A stretch of DNA of 64,000 nucleotides from Nitrosarchaeum sp. (GTDB taxonomy: Archaea; Thermoproteota; Nitrososphaeria; Nitrososphaerales; Nitrosopumilaceae): NCBI GenBank assembly GCA_965223865.1, contig OZ245020.1, positions 1,921,366 through 1,985,365 on the forward strand, read 5' to 3'. Each line of letters starts with the position of its first letter. The stretch's first letter is position 1. Made by a program: the position numbers and the translations under genes. Under the pieces are notes generated by a model. That model was not told the origin of the DNA. It worked only from the letters and a program-made list of their open reading frames with translations, and made no database searches. Shown in pieces: positions 44,336-55,378 of the stretch.

Positions 44336-47188
44336 ATGGTAAACTGGAACGAGATAGAAACCAAATGGAGGACAAAGTGGCAAGAGAACGGCGACTTTGA
44401 GACAAATCCAAATGAAAATGAAAAAAAATTCATTACAGTAGCTTATCCATATCCAAACTCTCCACAACACATCGGGCATGGTAGAACATACACACTAGCT
44501 GATGTTCATGCGAGATTTTATCGAATGCAGGGGTACAATGTACTTTTTCCAATGGGATTTCATTACACTGGAACTCCAATACTTGGAATGGCAAAAAGAG
44601 TCGAGTCACAAGACCAAGAACTACTTGATGGATTAAGAAACATCTATCATGTCCCTGAAGAAGACATCAAGACTTTTGTTGAACCAATAAAGATTGCAGA
44701 CTATTTTCATGAAGAGATAAAATCTGGAATGATAGAGATGGGTTATTCCATTGACTGGAGAAGAGAGTTTACAACGATAGATCCAGCTTACCAGAAATTT
44801 ATCGAATGGCAAATCAACATACTAAAAGAGAAAAACTTGATAATACAAGGTTCACATCCCGTCGGATGGTGTCCACGTGATCAAAATCCCGTATCACAAC
44901 ACGATACACTAGGTGATGTTGAGCCAGACTTTACTGAATACATCTTGATTAAATTCAAGTATGGAGATTACATTATCCCAACTGCAACACTTCGTCCTGA
45001 GACAATCTTTGGTGTGACAAACCTTTGGGTAAATCCCCAAACCATCTACAAAAAAGTTACAGTAGACGGGGAGAAATGGATAGTCTCATCTGAATGTGCA
45101 CACAAGCTAGAATTTTTAGACAAGGAGATTTCCTATGATGGAGAGATTTCAGGTTCTGATCTAGTTGGAGAAAAGGTAGTCATCCCACACAGAGATGAGT
45201 CAATTGTAATGCTGGAGGCTAGCTTTGTAGAGTCAGGTACTGGAACAGGTCTTGTGATGTCAGTTCCTGCTCATGCACCGTTTGACTATCAGGCTTTGAT
45301 GGATTTGAAGCAAAAAGGCCAGGAATTAGCCTCAAAAATTGAGCCTATTTCCATAATTTCTACTGAAGGATATGGGGAATTTTCAGCAAAGGAGGGATGT
45401 GAAAAGTTTGGTGTCACAAATCAAGATGACCCCAAGTTAGAGGAGGCCACAACTGAGATTTATGGAAAAGAATTCTACAGTGGCATTCTCAAAGATAATT
45501 GTTACAAATTTGCAGGAAGTAAGGTTTCAGAAGCCAAAGACACCATAAAGGAATGGTTAGATGAAAAAAAATATTCTGATGTGTTACTAGAGCTAACAAA
45601 CTCCCCTGTAAAGTGTCGTTGTGGAACTGAATGTGTTGTAAAGATTCTCTCAAATCAATGGTTCTTAAATTACGGTGACAAGCAATGGAAAGACAAAGCA
45701 AACAAGTGTCTAGATGAGATGAGTATTTTACCACCAGAAATTGTAAATGAGTTTCATTATGTTGTGGGTTGGTTGCGAGAAAGAGCTTGTGCAAGACAAC
45801 ATGGTTTGGGAACTAAACTTCCATGGGATAAGGATTGGATTGTTGAGAGCTTGTCAGATTCTGTAATATACATGGCATTTTATACAATAGCTAGATTTGT
45901 AAAAGATGGAACAGTAAAACCAGAAAATTTATCAAAGGAATTTTTTGATTATGTGTTTTTGGGAGATGGAACATCAGACAAAGTAGATGGTGTTTCTCCT
46001 GAAACAGTAGAGAAGATAAGAAAAGAGTTTAGTTACTTTTATCCAGTTGATTCAAGACATTCAGGTAGAGACCTGGTTCCAAACCACTTGACATTTTTTG
46101 TTTTAAATCATGTAGCTATATTTTCAGAAGATCATTGGCCAAAACAAATTGTAGTTAATGGTTCTGTCTTGATGGATGGCAAAAAGATGTCAAAGAGTAT
46201 GGGAAATATCATTCCATTACGTCAAGCAATTAAAGATTATGGTGCAGATCCAATTAGACTTGCAATAATAATTTCAGCTGAGCTGTTACAAGATGCTGAC
46301 TTTAATTTAGAATCTGTATCTGGAATCAAACACAAGCTAGAATGTATCTTAGAAGAATGTGGTAAACTAAAATCAGGTATGCCTAATTCCCTAGAAGCTG
46401 AAGACAAGTGGGTTTTGAGCAGACTGCAGAAGCTGATTCAAAATGTTACTGAAAGCATAGAAAAGATGAGGCTGCGAGAGGCACTTCATGAGATTTTGTT
46501 TGCATTTGAGGTAGACTTGCAGTGGTATTTCAAGCGTGCAAAGGCAAAAAACAGAGAGAATTATCAGGTAATCTTGCATCAGATATACAGCACTAGGGTA
46601 AAGTTGCTATCCCCATTTGCACCCCATATTGCCGAAGAGATGTGGTCAACCCTTGGAAATTCCGAAATGGTATCAAAGTCTAGCTGGCCTAAAGTGTCTT
46701 CAGATGTTATCGATTCAGAATCCATTCAATCTGAAGATTTGCTAAAGTCAATAATGAATGATATTTCAAACATTCTAAAAGTTACCAAAATAACACCAAA
46801 AAAGATTACAATCTATACGGCAGATGCATTCAAGTCAAAGGCATACCATGACATACTAGCAAAAGTAATGGCAGGCCAGACCAACATGGGGTCGGTAATG
46901 AAGGAACTAATTGCAAATCCTGAAACCTCAGATATTAAAAAGAATCCAGACTTTGTTCAAAAGACAATCAAGGATATTTTATCTGAACCACCTGAAATCA
47001 GAAATACAAAGCTTGAGACAAAGGAATTTGATGAGAAGAAACTAGTTTCAGATGAACTAGTATCAATTGCAAAAGAAGACTTTGGAGTCGAGGTATCTGT
47101 TTTTGCCGAAGATGATTCAAACATTTATGATCCAAAGGGAAAGGCAAGACATGCAAGACCCTTTAAACCTGCAATCCTAATAGAGTAA
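44336..47188 (+). CDS. leuS: Leucine--tRNA ligase (archaeal type)
   Basis: HIGH, KMSKS, ATLRPET, SLSDS.IY. Confidence 0.97.
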   Translation: MVNWNEIETKWRTKWQENGDFETNPNENEKKFITVAYPYPNSPQHIGHGRTYTLADVHARFYRMQGYNVLFPMGFHYTGTPILGMAKRVESQDQELLDGLRNIYHVPEEDIKTFVEPIKIADYFHEEIKSGMIEMGYSIDWRREFTTIDPAYQKFIEWQINILKEKNLIIQGSHPVGWCPRDQNPVSQHDTLGDVEPDFTEYILIKFKYGDYIIPTATLRPETIFGVTNLWVNPQTIYKKVTVDGEKWIVSSECAHKLEFLDKEISYDGEISGSDLVGEKVVIPHRDESIVMLEASFVESGTGTGLVMSVPAHAPFDYQALMDLKQKGQELASKIEPISIISTEGYGEFSAKEGCEKFGVTNQDDPKLEEATTEIYGKEFYSGILKDNCYKFAGSKVSEAKDTIKEWLDEKKYSDVLLELTNSPVKCRCGTECVVKILSNQWFLNYGDKQWKDKANKCLDEMSILPPEIVNEFHYVVGWLRERACARQHGLGTKLPWDKDWIVESLSDSVIYMAFYTIARFVKDGTVKPENLSKEFFDYVFLGDGTSDKVDGVSPETVEKIRKEFSYFYPVDSRHSGRDLVPNHLTFFVLNHVAIFSEDHWPKQIVVNGSVLMDGKKMSKSMGNIIPLRQAIKDYGADPIRLAIIISAELLQDADFNLESVSGIKHKLECILEECGKLKSGMPNSLEAEDKWVLSRLQKLIQNVTESIEKMRLREALHEILFAFEVDLQWYFKRAKAKNRENYQVILHQIYSTRVKLLSPFAPHIAEEMWSTLGNSEMVSKSSWPKVSSDVIDSESIQSEDLLKSIMNDISNILKVTKITPKKITIYTADAFKSKAYHDILAKVMAGQTNMGSVMKELIANPETSDIKKNPDFVQKTIKDILSEPPEIRNTKLETKEFDEKKLVSDELVSIAKEDFGVEVSVFAEDDSNIYDPKGKARHARPFKPAILIE

Positions 47189-47353
47189 TACCACTAGAAA
47201 AAAAGTTTCAAATTATTTTTATAAAATGAAAACAAAGTATACTTGACGTTCCTATTTCAGCTGGTTTGTAGGGCAAATCAAGTTTTGTCCTATTTTAACT
47301 AGTTTTGCTATAATGAATCATCCTAGTTTTTACAATTTTGAAAATAAATTATC

Positions 47354-47950
47354 TTAATTGCTTTTTAGAAAATAGCCGTTCAATGAAGATCTTCTCATAT
47401 AGTAAATCAACCCAAATATCGAGATTCCTAAAATCAAAATCGCATATGCTCCAAATTCAGGAATAACATGTGTTCCAATAATTTCAACATGTTCTGCGTT
47501 TGGTGGCAGAACCATACCTAAGGCATAATTTCCAGGGAATTTAGTTAGATCATATTCCATTTCTACACCATCAATGAAGAGTTGATACTTTGCTTCTTCG
47601 GCACTAATTACTTCAAGTGGCAACAAAACCCAGAAGATCTTGTCATTGGGAATAGGGTCCAAAATAAGTTCTAAGGATTTTCGTTCAGTATTTAGACTCA
47701 TTGACAAAAGAGTCGGTTCGTCTTCTTCAAGTGCTTCTCCGCCAATTTCTATGCTGCCATACCCACCATAGTAGATATCAAAGGTAGCATCGTCAACCTG
47801 TATAGTATAAAATTCACCTGTTGTCTTGATTGTATCAAGATATTGAGCAAATGCCTCTCTATTCTCGAAAATATGTTCGGCATAAACAGTAGTTGGCACC
47901 ATAACTATTAGAGAGAAAATTATTGCAAAAGCAAAGAATAGTTTGTGCAA
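47354..47950 (-). CDS. PEFG-CTERM sorting-domain surface protein
   Basis: Signal peptide; EIIGTHVIPEFG followed by TM and basic tail. Confidence 0.88.
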   Translation of the reverse strand: MHKLFFAFAIIFSLIVMVPTTVYAEHIFENREAFAQYLDTIKTTGEFYTIQVDDATFDIYYGGYGSIEIGGEALEEDEPTLLSMSLNTERKSLELILDPIPNDKIFWVLLPLEVISAEEAKYQLFIDGVEMEYDLTKFPGNYALGMVLPPNAEHVEIIGTHVIPEFGAYAILILGISIFGLIYYMRRSSLNGYFLKSN

Positions 47951-48073
47951 GATACATACAGTAACAAATTATCAAATAAAATCAATTATCAAATTCTCAA
48001 AGTTGATTATCGGGTTTGATTTTTAATCAAATCTTGATTATCCTCTCACAAAAAATTAATTAAAAATAAAAAA

Positions 48074-48376
48074 TTAGCTTGTAGGATTCATTGCTGCAGC
48101 ACGATCTTTGGCTTTTTGATCAACTGGTGCATTAACATATTGGCCAGGTTGTGCTTGACACTCTCCAATGTTTACTGAGAAGCCATCCAAGGTTTCTGCA
48201 ACACATCCAGATTCAGTAACTGCTATTATCTTGACCATCTCAATGTTTTCCTCTGGAGCAGTATAGAACATCAAATATGCAAAGAGTAAAACTGCTCCCA
48301 CCGCAATGACGCCTCCTACTAGAAGAATCGGATTCATGCCTGATTTCTTTGATTGCCTGCTTTTAATTGCTGACAT
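48074..48376 (-). CDS. Membrane-anchored hypothetical protein
   Basis: TM helix then a small Cys-paired domain; start at MSAIK. Confidence 0.7.
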   Translation of the reverse strand: MSAIKSRQSKKSGMNPILLVGGVIAVGAVLLFAYLMFYTAPEENIEMVKIIAVTESGCVAETLDGFSVNIGECQAQPGQYVNAPVDQKAKDRAAAMNPTS

Positions 48377-48498
48377 GTTTTTTTTACGTGAGAATCTGAT
48401 AAAATTCAATAAGATATTTTCCACTAATGGGTTTCATTTATGGAAATTAGATTCTCAAATTAAAATCAAATTTATTTGTCTTGGTGAGATTATAATTA

Positions 48499-48687
48499 TT
48501 GAATTTCAACTGTGTCTTTCCATCTTGTAATTACAAACGTAATGACATTGAAGAAAAAGAATTCCTAGAGCACTTGAAAGCAGAACACCATAAGGAAATT
48601 TCAGATATTTCAAAAAAAGAGAATATGCCAATTAATATGGTCGAGATGATAACAATATCAAACTCAAAGGTATTCATTAATTCATAG
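48499..48687 (+). CDS. Small C2H2-like zinc-finger protein
   Basis: CVFPSC...F..HL..EH. Confidence 0.65.
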   Translation: MNFNCVFPSCNYKRNDIEEKEFLEHLKAEHHKEISDISKKENMPINMVEMITISNSKVFINS

Positions 48688-48895
48688 ATTCTAAAATTAT
48701 CAAGATACTTCATCGGCAATCAGATTCCTGATTTTAGTTGGAAGACTTAGCTAGAGTAGGCAATAACTCATCCATCTACAGCCAATTTTTTCCTCAAAAT
48801 AGCAGAGAAGATACTATGAGCCCATTTTGTTGCCATAAAAGAAATGACTCTATCTATCAGGCATTGTTTAAATTTTATTTACTTGTTCTAACTGT

Positions 48896-50434
48896 GTGAA
48901 GAGTTTACTGATTCTTGCACTAATTCCTCTAATCCTTTCAATTGGAATTATTCCAGTCTTGCCTCTTAACGACGCTTTTGCTTTGAAAAGTAAGGGTAAC
49001 TCACTTCCCGAAGTTGGTTCAAACAAAGTTTGTGGGGACAGATTATGCTCAGAAGTTATTGAAGACAAACCAAAACCATCCGAACCAAAGCAAGAAACTG
49101 AAACAGAAATGCTTCGTGTTGACATTGTTAGAATCACAGAAAAAATATCCATGTTGATTGGTGCCAATGGATTTACCGGCGGAAATATCGGGGTTCTAAC
49201 AGGAAATGATGGATTATTACTAATTGATGATGGGCTTGCTTCAGCACTTGATGGAATTAAACTCCAATTAGCAGAATTAAAGACGTGTGATATCTGTGGG
49301 GATGTAAAATTTTTGATCAACACTCATTGGCATGGTGATTATGTAGGCGGAAATTCTCACTTTGGTGAAGAGGGTGCAGTAATAATTGCACATGAAAATC
49401 TAAGAAAACTTTTGTCTGCACCACAAACACTTGAATTTTATGGAGTAACATATGATGTATATCCAGATGAAGCATTACCTGTAGTTACTTTTGAAGATTC
49501 TATTTACTTGTATTTCAACGATGAAACACTTCAAGTGATTCATTTGCCAAATGGTCATACTGATAATGACAGTATGGTGTACTTTGTTGAATCAGGTGTT
49601 CTTCATTTAGGTGATGAATTCTTTAATGGAATGTTTCCATTTGTTGATTTAGATCATGGTGGAAGTGTTCAAGGATTAACCAGAAATATTGAAGATGTTT
49701 TGGATAGATTCCCCGAAGATATCAAAGTAATTCCAGGTCATGGAAAACTTGGAACAATGAATGATGTTAAAATATATCATGAGATGTTAGTTGAAACTAC
49801 AAAGATTGTTCAAGCTCAAATAAATGATGAAAAGAGTTTAGAAGAAATTCAAAACAACGGATTACCTGAAAAATGGCAGTCATGGGAAAAAGGAAATATC
49901 AAAATTCCAATTTGGATTGAGTTTATTTACAATGATTTGACAAACAATAAGCAGATTTTAGCCTCAACTGATGATATCGAACTTGAAAAATTTAGAACTG
50001 CGGATCTTCTTGCCGAACAGCATCTTGAAACATTTGATGAATTAGATTTTGAAGTGTTTACTAAACAACAATGGGAGCGACTTCATGAGAGTCACTCACA
50101 AGATATTGTTGTTCATTGGCCAAATGGACGCACTACAGAAGGAATTGAAGCACATATTGAAGATTTGAAAGCCATGTTTGTCTATGCTCCTGACACACGT
50201 ATACAAGAACATCCTATCAAAATAGCATCTGGACCGTGGACAAGTGTGATTGGAATAATTGAAGGCACATTTACAGAACCGATGCCACTACCAGATGGAA
50301 ACACCATTCCTGCTACTGGAAAGCCTTTCAAACTGATAATGAATACTGTTGGTTATTGGGAAAATGGTGTTATGGTAGAAGAATACTTGTTCTGGGACAA
50401 TCTTGAATTCATGAAACAAATTGGATTATCCTAG
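48896..50434 (+). CDS. Secreted MBL-fold metallo-hydrolase fused to SnoaL-like ester cyclase domain
   Basis: Signal peptide, VCGDRLCSE motif, THWHGDY, GHT.ND, IPGHG; C-terminal GTFT.PM...IPATGK.F...EE.LFWD. Confidence 0.8.
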   Translation: MKSLLILALIPLILSIGIIPVLPLNDAFALKSKGNSLPEVGSNKVCGDRLCSEVIEDKPKPSEPKQETETEMLRVDIVRITEKISMLIGANGFTGGNIGVLTGNDGLLLIDDGLASALDGIKLQLAELKTCDICGDVKFLINTHWHGDYVGGNSHFGEEGAVIIAHENLRKLLSAPQTLEFYGVTYDVYPDEALPVVTFEDSIYLYFNDETLQVIHLPNGHTDNDSMVYFVESGVLHLGDEFFNGMFPFVDLDHGGSVQGLTRNIEDVLDRFPEDIKVIPGHGKLGTMNDVKIYHEMLVETTKIVQAQINDEKSLEEIQNNGLPEKWQSWEKGNIKIPIWIEFIYNDLTNNKQILASTDDIELEKFRTADLLAEQHLETFDELDFEVFTKQQWERLHESHSQDIVVHWPNGRTTEGIEAHIEDLKAMFVYAPDTRIQEHPIKIASGPWTSVIGIIEGTFTEPMPLPDGNTIPATGKPFKLIMNTVGYWENGVMVEEYLFWDNLEFMKQIGLS

Positions 50435-50631
50435 TCTCTGCATCCATTTTTATCTCTAAGATGATAAATCTCTACATATTAGAATACATGATTATCACTA
50501 TGATACCATAGGACCTCTTATGACAAAAGTTCTGGTTTACATTGTAACAAGCATGAAAAAATAGTTGAACTACATTTTAGAATATTAAAAAAATCTAAAT
50601 CTAAAACCAATTACTAAACATCAGTCTGGAA

Positions 50632-51171
50632 TTAATGTGAATATTCAGATTTTAATTGATTCCCGTATTGTTTTAGCAGCTTTCCGACTTTGGGTTCAAT
50701 TACAAACCTGCAGTATGGTGCATCTTGGTTCTGCTCGTAATACTTTTTATGATAACCTTCTGCTGGATAAAACTTTGTTAATCGTACAATTTCAGTCACG
50801 AGAGGATCCTCATACACACCACTTTCTTCAATTTGTTTTTTTGATTTTTCTGCAATCTGTTTTTGTTCTTCATCATGAAAAAATATTGCAGATCTGTATT
50901 GCGTTCCAACATCATTTCCTTGTCTATTAAGTGTGGTAGGATCATGTGTATGCCAAAAGACATCTAGTAATTTTTCAAAGGATATTATTTCTGGGTCAAA
51001 TTCTATTTGAGCAGCCTCTGCGTGGCCTGTTCTCCCAGTGCATACCTGTTCATATGATGGGTTATCTAACACTCCTCCACAATAACCAGGCACTACTGAT
51101 TCTACACCCCTTATTCTTGTAAAAATAGCTTCAGTACACCAAAAACATCCATTGGCAAGGGTTGCTTTCAT
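50632..51171 (-). CDS. msrA: Peptide methionine sulfoxide reductase MsrA
   Basis: GCFWC, HDPT, GTQYRS, AEGYH. Confidence 0.96.
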   Translation of the reverse strand: MKATLANGCFWCTEAIFTRIRGVESVVPGYCGGVLDNPSYEQVCTGRTGHAEAAQIEFDPEIISFEKLLDVFWHTHDPTTLNRQGNDVGTQYRSAIFFHDEEQKQIAEKSKKQIEESGVYEDPLVTEIVRLTKFYPAEGYHKKYYEQNQDAPYCRFVIEPKVGKLLKQYGNQLKSEYSH

Positions 51172-51269
51172 GAATTAATCAAAGAAAGGACATCTTATAT
51201 CGGTTTTACCAAGTTTTTTCAATATATCATAGTATGTTGATTTTGGAAAAATTTTTCAAAATATAATTT

Positions 51270-51704
51270 TCAGATAGCACCACATTTCTTGCATCTATAA
51301 TATCCAACATCAGAAGGTAACTCTCCAATCTCTTCGGTTCTTCTCTCAGATACAAACTCGAAATCTTCTGAACCACAAACACTGCATTTTCTTGGATTGA
51401 ATTCTATATTCTCAAATTCTTTTTTTCTTTCCAGATATTCTTCTTTTGAGATTTTTTCCTCAATGTACTTTTTCTCCAAGATTCTAAGTGCCTCGTCATT
51501 TTGCTTTTTCTCTCTTTCATTGATAGGATCAACTCGTCTGTAATTTAGCACAGAATCCTTTACTCTTGACGGGTGGGTCTTTGTGTACCATATAATAATT
51601 CCTGTAAATAATACTCCCAAAACAAGTCCGTATAGAAAAGGAGTAATTGTTTGAATCCCAACAAATACAACTATTGAGACTATAATTGCAATGATGAATC
51701 TCAT
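51270..51704 (-). CDS. Membrane protein with SHOCT-like segment and C-terminal Zn ribbon
   Basis: 2 TM; ALRILEKKY..EKISKEEY; CSVC...CKKC. Confidence 0.7.
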   Translation of the reverse strand: MRFIIAIIVSIVVFVGIQTITPFLYGLVLGVLFTGIIIWYTKTHPSRVKDSVLNYRRVDPINEREKKQNDEALRILEKKYIEEKISKEEYLERKKEFENIEFNPRKCSVCGSEDFEFVSERRTEEIGELPSDVGYYRCKKCGAI

Positions 51705-51706
51705 TT

Positions 51707-52837
51707 TTACTTCTTTGTTCCTGGAGGTGCACAAATTTTCTCGCAATCTAATTCAGATGCAGGCTTGGTCCATCCTGAAACAATGCAGGAACGGGATTCT
51801 CCTCTTTCGTTAATGAATTGACATTCTTGTTCACCATAACGAAATTCACCTGTTATGGGTTCAGGTATTGGTGCAGATTCTCCCCATCCGCGTTCAACAA
51901 GTTTTGTAATGGTTTGTTCTTTGACACATGCAGGAGAATTGTCTCTTGTTTTGATTATTAATTGCAAATCGTGTTTACATTTGATTTCAGAAACTGAAAT
52001 GCCTGACTTGAATTGTTTCAGCGGTGACCAATACTTTGAATTAAAATCAATTGCTATGTCGGTACTACTAGATGACGGGCCATATCTTACTTTGAGATGA
52101 TATTCTCCAGGAGAAATATTTGATGTATCTAAATGATAATTATATTGTCCATCAGCATCGATATCTATCAAATCAGAAAAAAATACATCACTCTCATCAT
52201 ATGGTCTGTGCAGAGTCAGTTCGACATCTAGTCTCTCACCATTTTTTGCGGCCTTGACTAGTTCCATCTTCCGAACATCTCCCGATACCAAGATTCTGTC
52301 TCCCTGCAAGAAGGTGCCTTCAGATGGGCTTTTTGTTAGGTGGATGTCAGGTGGAGGGCCCCTATTTTCCTGTTTGTCCAATGCAAAGGATTCTGGCAAC
52401 AACTCGTAACTGCCATCATTTTTTACAAGATAGACAAAAACCAAATCCCCTTCGTTGAATATGGGGGAGTTGTAGTACCACACTTCAGGAAATGCCTGCA
52501 CTTCTTTTGGAGCGTCATTCAGAGTTGCAGTCAACAGGTCAAATGGCTGGTAGTTTTTGAGATAAAAATCCACGCTTATCGAATATGCAATGGAATTTTC
52601 TCCTATGCTCTCTTTTTGAATTATAGTTCCAATGGCTACTGAATCACTTTGAGAAAATGGTTCAGCTATTGCAGCATGAAACAGCTCCGACTGATCACAG
52701 TCAGTACTTGTTCCAACCGTACATGCAGAAAGCCGCAAATTGTCAGTATCATCTCCCATATCTTGTGCAAATGATATGCTGGGAGCAGTAATGGCTGCTG
52801 TAAACAAGACAAATGTAATTAAAATGCTAGTCTTCAT
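51707..52837 (-). CDS. Secreted multidomain protein with SPLKQ...C...RGW domain
   Basis: Signal peptide; SPLKQFKSG...KC...SPACVK...LVERGW. Confidence 0.75.
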   Translation of the reverse strand: MKTSILITFVLFTAAITAPSISFAQDMGDDTDNLRLSACTVGTSTDCDQSELFHAAIAEPFSQSDSVAIGTIIQKESIGENSIAYSISVDFYLKNYQPFDLLTATLNDAPKEVQAFPEVWYYNSPIFNEGDLVFVYLVKNDGSYELLPESFALDKQENRGPPPDIHLTKSPSEGTFLQGDRILVSGDVRKMELVKAAKNGERLDVELTLHRPYDESDVFFSDLIDIDADGQYNYHLDTSNISPGEYHLKVRYGPSSSSTDIAIDFNSKYWSPLKQFKSGISVSEIKCKHDLQLIIKTRDNSPACVKEQTITKLVERGWGESAPIPEPITGEFRYGEQECQFINERGESRSCIVSGWTKPASELDCEKICAPPGTKK

Positions 52838-52840
52838 TCT

Positions 52841-55378
52841 CTAATCTCCAAACTCAAAGATCAATTTTGTATAGTATGCATGACTTGCATCTTCTCTAAT
52901 ATTTTCCATAGTACACAAAATAGTTTCATTTTCAATTATCTTTGCATTATCTGGAAACTCTACATCTGTTTCAAACAATGAGACAAATCTTATGTTGTAT
53001 AATCCGTCTGAATCCGGCAGATATCCCATCTGTCCTGATTTTACAATGATAGTTTCAAGTCCTGGCTTTATCGGTATTCCAGATGGGTGCGCAGATTCAC
53101 CATTAACTCGTTCATCACCGCAAATTACGGGATAACCATGACCATCAGCAGGAATACCATAATTGTCTCGAGGAATCTTAGAGTCATCCCATGCATCCTT
53201 TCCCTCTTCATTAAAGAATCCCCATCCTTGTCGATAAGAATCAGGCAAAAAGTCCCATGTCTTTCCTCTATTATCGCCATCATGCCTTATTGGCTGAAAC
53301 TGCCAAAAAGTGACCATTCCCTTTACGCTCTCAGATATCTCCGTAATGGTAATTGGTACCATTCCCCTTTTGTTTATTACATCACCAATTGTCAAGATCA
53401 TATGCGATGTTGGACCTGGTGAGTAGTCATGGAAAGTTCCTTGATTAGGAATATTCTCTACAAAGTCTTGACCTATCTCGTCCCAGACACCATCAATTAT
53501 TGCAGAATGGATCTTGTTGATGTTGGTAACTTGCATTGTTATTGTCCTGTTCTCATGTGTTTCAAGTACAGAAGAAAATGATTCTGAACTTGGAATCTCA
53601 GATGCGTTTGAAAAAACAAAGGAGCCATCTATGTTAACAATTGGTGGGATTGACTTTCTGACATTTGTTATTTGTAATTCCAGTGATTCTTCATTCCCTC
53701 CAGAGGCAAATGTTGGGGCAGTCAGGACAAATCTCTTGGCAGCATTCAATGAAAGTACTTCCTGTCCATCCTTTGCAAGCCATCCGCGTTTTATCAAATC
53801 GTCATAACTTGCCGCACTGACACATACTGGAAGTCCGTCACGTTCCCGCAAGGACAAGATATATCCTGCTGAGCGATCTTCACGGCACTTTACATCATGG
53901 TATTCAACATCATCTGAAACTTGTTTTAGAGGAGATTGAATGTCTGGCGGTATGCCCAAACATTCATGGTCGTCTCCATTTGGGCTAAGATTCATTATAT
54001 TATCAAATGTCTTTCCTCCGTTTTCACTGAACGAATAAAGAATGCAATTATCCCTAGTCCCAGCCTCTGTCACAAAATGAACATTGTTATTATCTGAAGC
54101 CAATTTTGGCAGCCATCCCACCTGAGTTTTGGCATCTTTTAGAATGTCTATCGGCTGTTGCATCATACCTGATTTTGTGGAAGTATAGTATGCTGCTGCA
54201 TCATCATAGGGTGGATTTTTTTTAGTTATGGTAATTTGCCTGAGTTCGTCACCTTCTACATGTGATAAAACAAACCCACGTTCTGAAATTTTGTCGTTTA
54301 TCTTTACAGGATTAACTGTAAAATCCTCTCCTCTGTTTTGACTGTATGCAAGAAACGTCTGAAATTCCTGAGTTTCTCCGTCCCAGTATTCGGATTCCCA
54401 CAAGACATATGCCAAATCACCGCTGGCCAAAACAAAATCGCCTTCGGCTCCAACTGTGTCAATTGAGTTGGGATCAGAATCAAAATGAATCACACCCCCA
54501 AATGTGGTTCCTCCATCATGGCTCTTTGCAAACACCTGATACCATCTTTCAGTGATTCCAAAATCACCTTTTTCATTTACTCTGTCCCTCCATGAAACGT
54601 AGACATTATCTCCGGATACAGCAAACTGCGGATGCGTTACGGTTGTTTTGCCACCATTGACATTTACAATTTCAGTCAAAGTCCCATCTGGAAGTATCTT
54701 TCTTAGATATAGCGAGCCTTTTTCATCAAACTCTTTTCTGTCATCAGACAGAATGTAAATCGTGTCATCATACAGCCGGACAATTATTTCCTGGTCTGAC
54801 TGCTCATGATTAAACAAGGTAACAGGTTCAGAAAAGGTCTCACCAAAGTCATCACTCTTTACAAATATGACGTTGCTTTGTTTTGTGTCCCTGTTCCAGT
54901 AATCTCCAAATACATATAGGACATCATTTGCCTGAAACATTGCAGAAGGACGGTATATTGTTCTGTCATTATCTACAGGATCAAGTTTTTTTGGCTTGCT
55001 AAAGGTCTCACCAAAGTCATTACTTTTTGAAAAATACATCTCGTCGTTGCCGTTCTGGGATGTTCTGTCTTCCCACAAGAGATAGACGTTGTTCTTGCTT
55101 GTGTGAATGTATGGTGTTGGATACAGCGAAGTACCTTCAGTGATGTTTATGGGATTGCCAACAGGTTTACCGTCAGTCACTTTAGCAAAATAGACATCGC
55201 TGGAGTCTTGGTCAACACTTTCGTTCCATACAATATATGCGGTAGGGCCGTCTACTGAAATTTGAGGATCGTTGCTGCCTCTTGTTCTGTCATCTTGATG
55301 ATATCCATCAGTAGAATTAATTCCATACGAGGTAAAAACAACAAGTAATGCAAGCGTTATCAAAAGTTTAGTTTTCAT
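52841..55378 (-). CDS. Secreted Asp-box (BNR/sialidase-like) beta-propeller protein
   Basis: Asp-box repeats SNDFGETF, SDDFGETF, SHDGGTTF, SQNRGEDF, SENGGKTF; also SPLKQ...RGW domain. Confidence 0.8.
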   Translation of the reverse strand: MKTKLLITLALLVVFTSYGINSTDGYHQDDRTRGSNDPQISVDGPTAYIVWNESVDQDSSDVYFAKVTDGKPVGNPINITEGTSLYPTPYIHTSKNNVYLLWEDRTSQNGNDEMYFSKSNDFGETFSKPKKLDPVDNDRTIYRPSAMFQANDVLYVFGDYWNRDTKQSNVIFVKSDDFGETFSEPVTLFNHEQSDQEIIVRLYDDTIYILSDDRKEFDEKGSLYLRKILPDGTLTEIVNVNGGKTTVTHPQFAVSGDNVYVSWRDRVNEKGDFGITERWYQVFAKSHDGGTTFGGVIHFDSDPNSIDTVGAEGDFVLASGDLAYVLWESEYWDGETQEFQTFLAYSQNRGEDFTVNPVKINDKISERGFVLSHVEGDELRQITITKKNPPYDDAAAYYTSTKSGMMQQPIDILKDAKTQVGWLPKLASDNNNVHFVTEAGTRDNCILYSFSENGGKTFDNIMNLSPNGDDHECLGIPPDIQSPLKQVSDDVEYHDVKCREDRSAGYILSLRERDGLPVCVSAASYDDLIKRGWLAKDGQEVLSLNAAKRFVLTAPTFASGGNEESLELQITNVRKSIPPIVNIDGSFVFSNASEIPSSESFSSVLETHENRTITMQVTNINKIHSAIIDGVWDEIGQDFVENIPNQGTFHDYSPGPTSHMILTIGDVINKRGMVPITITEISESVKGMVTFWQFQPIRHDGDNRGKTWDFLPDSYRQGWGFFNEEGKDAWDDSKIPRDNYGIPADGHGYPVICGDERVNGESAHPSGIPIKPGLETIIVKSGQMGYLPDSDGLYNIRFVSLFETDVEFPDNAKIIENETILCTMENIREDASHAYYTKLIFEFGD

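Noticed and set aside
48690-48866. Possible small gene or ncRNA between the Zn-finger gene and the MBL fusion
   Set aside because: Only short stop-riddled frames and no convincing structure
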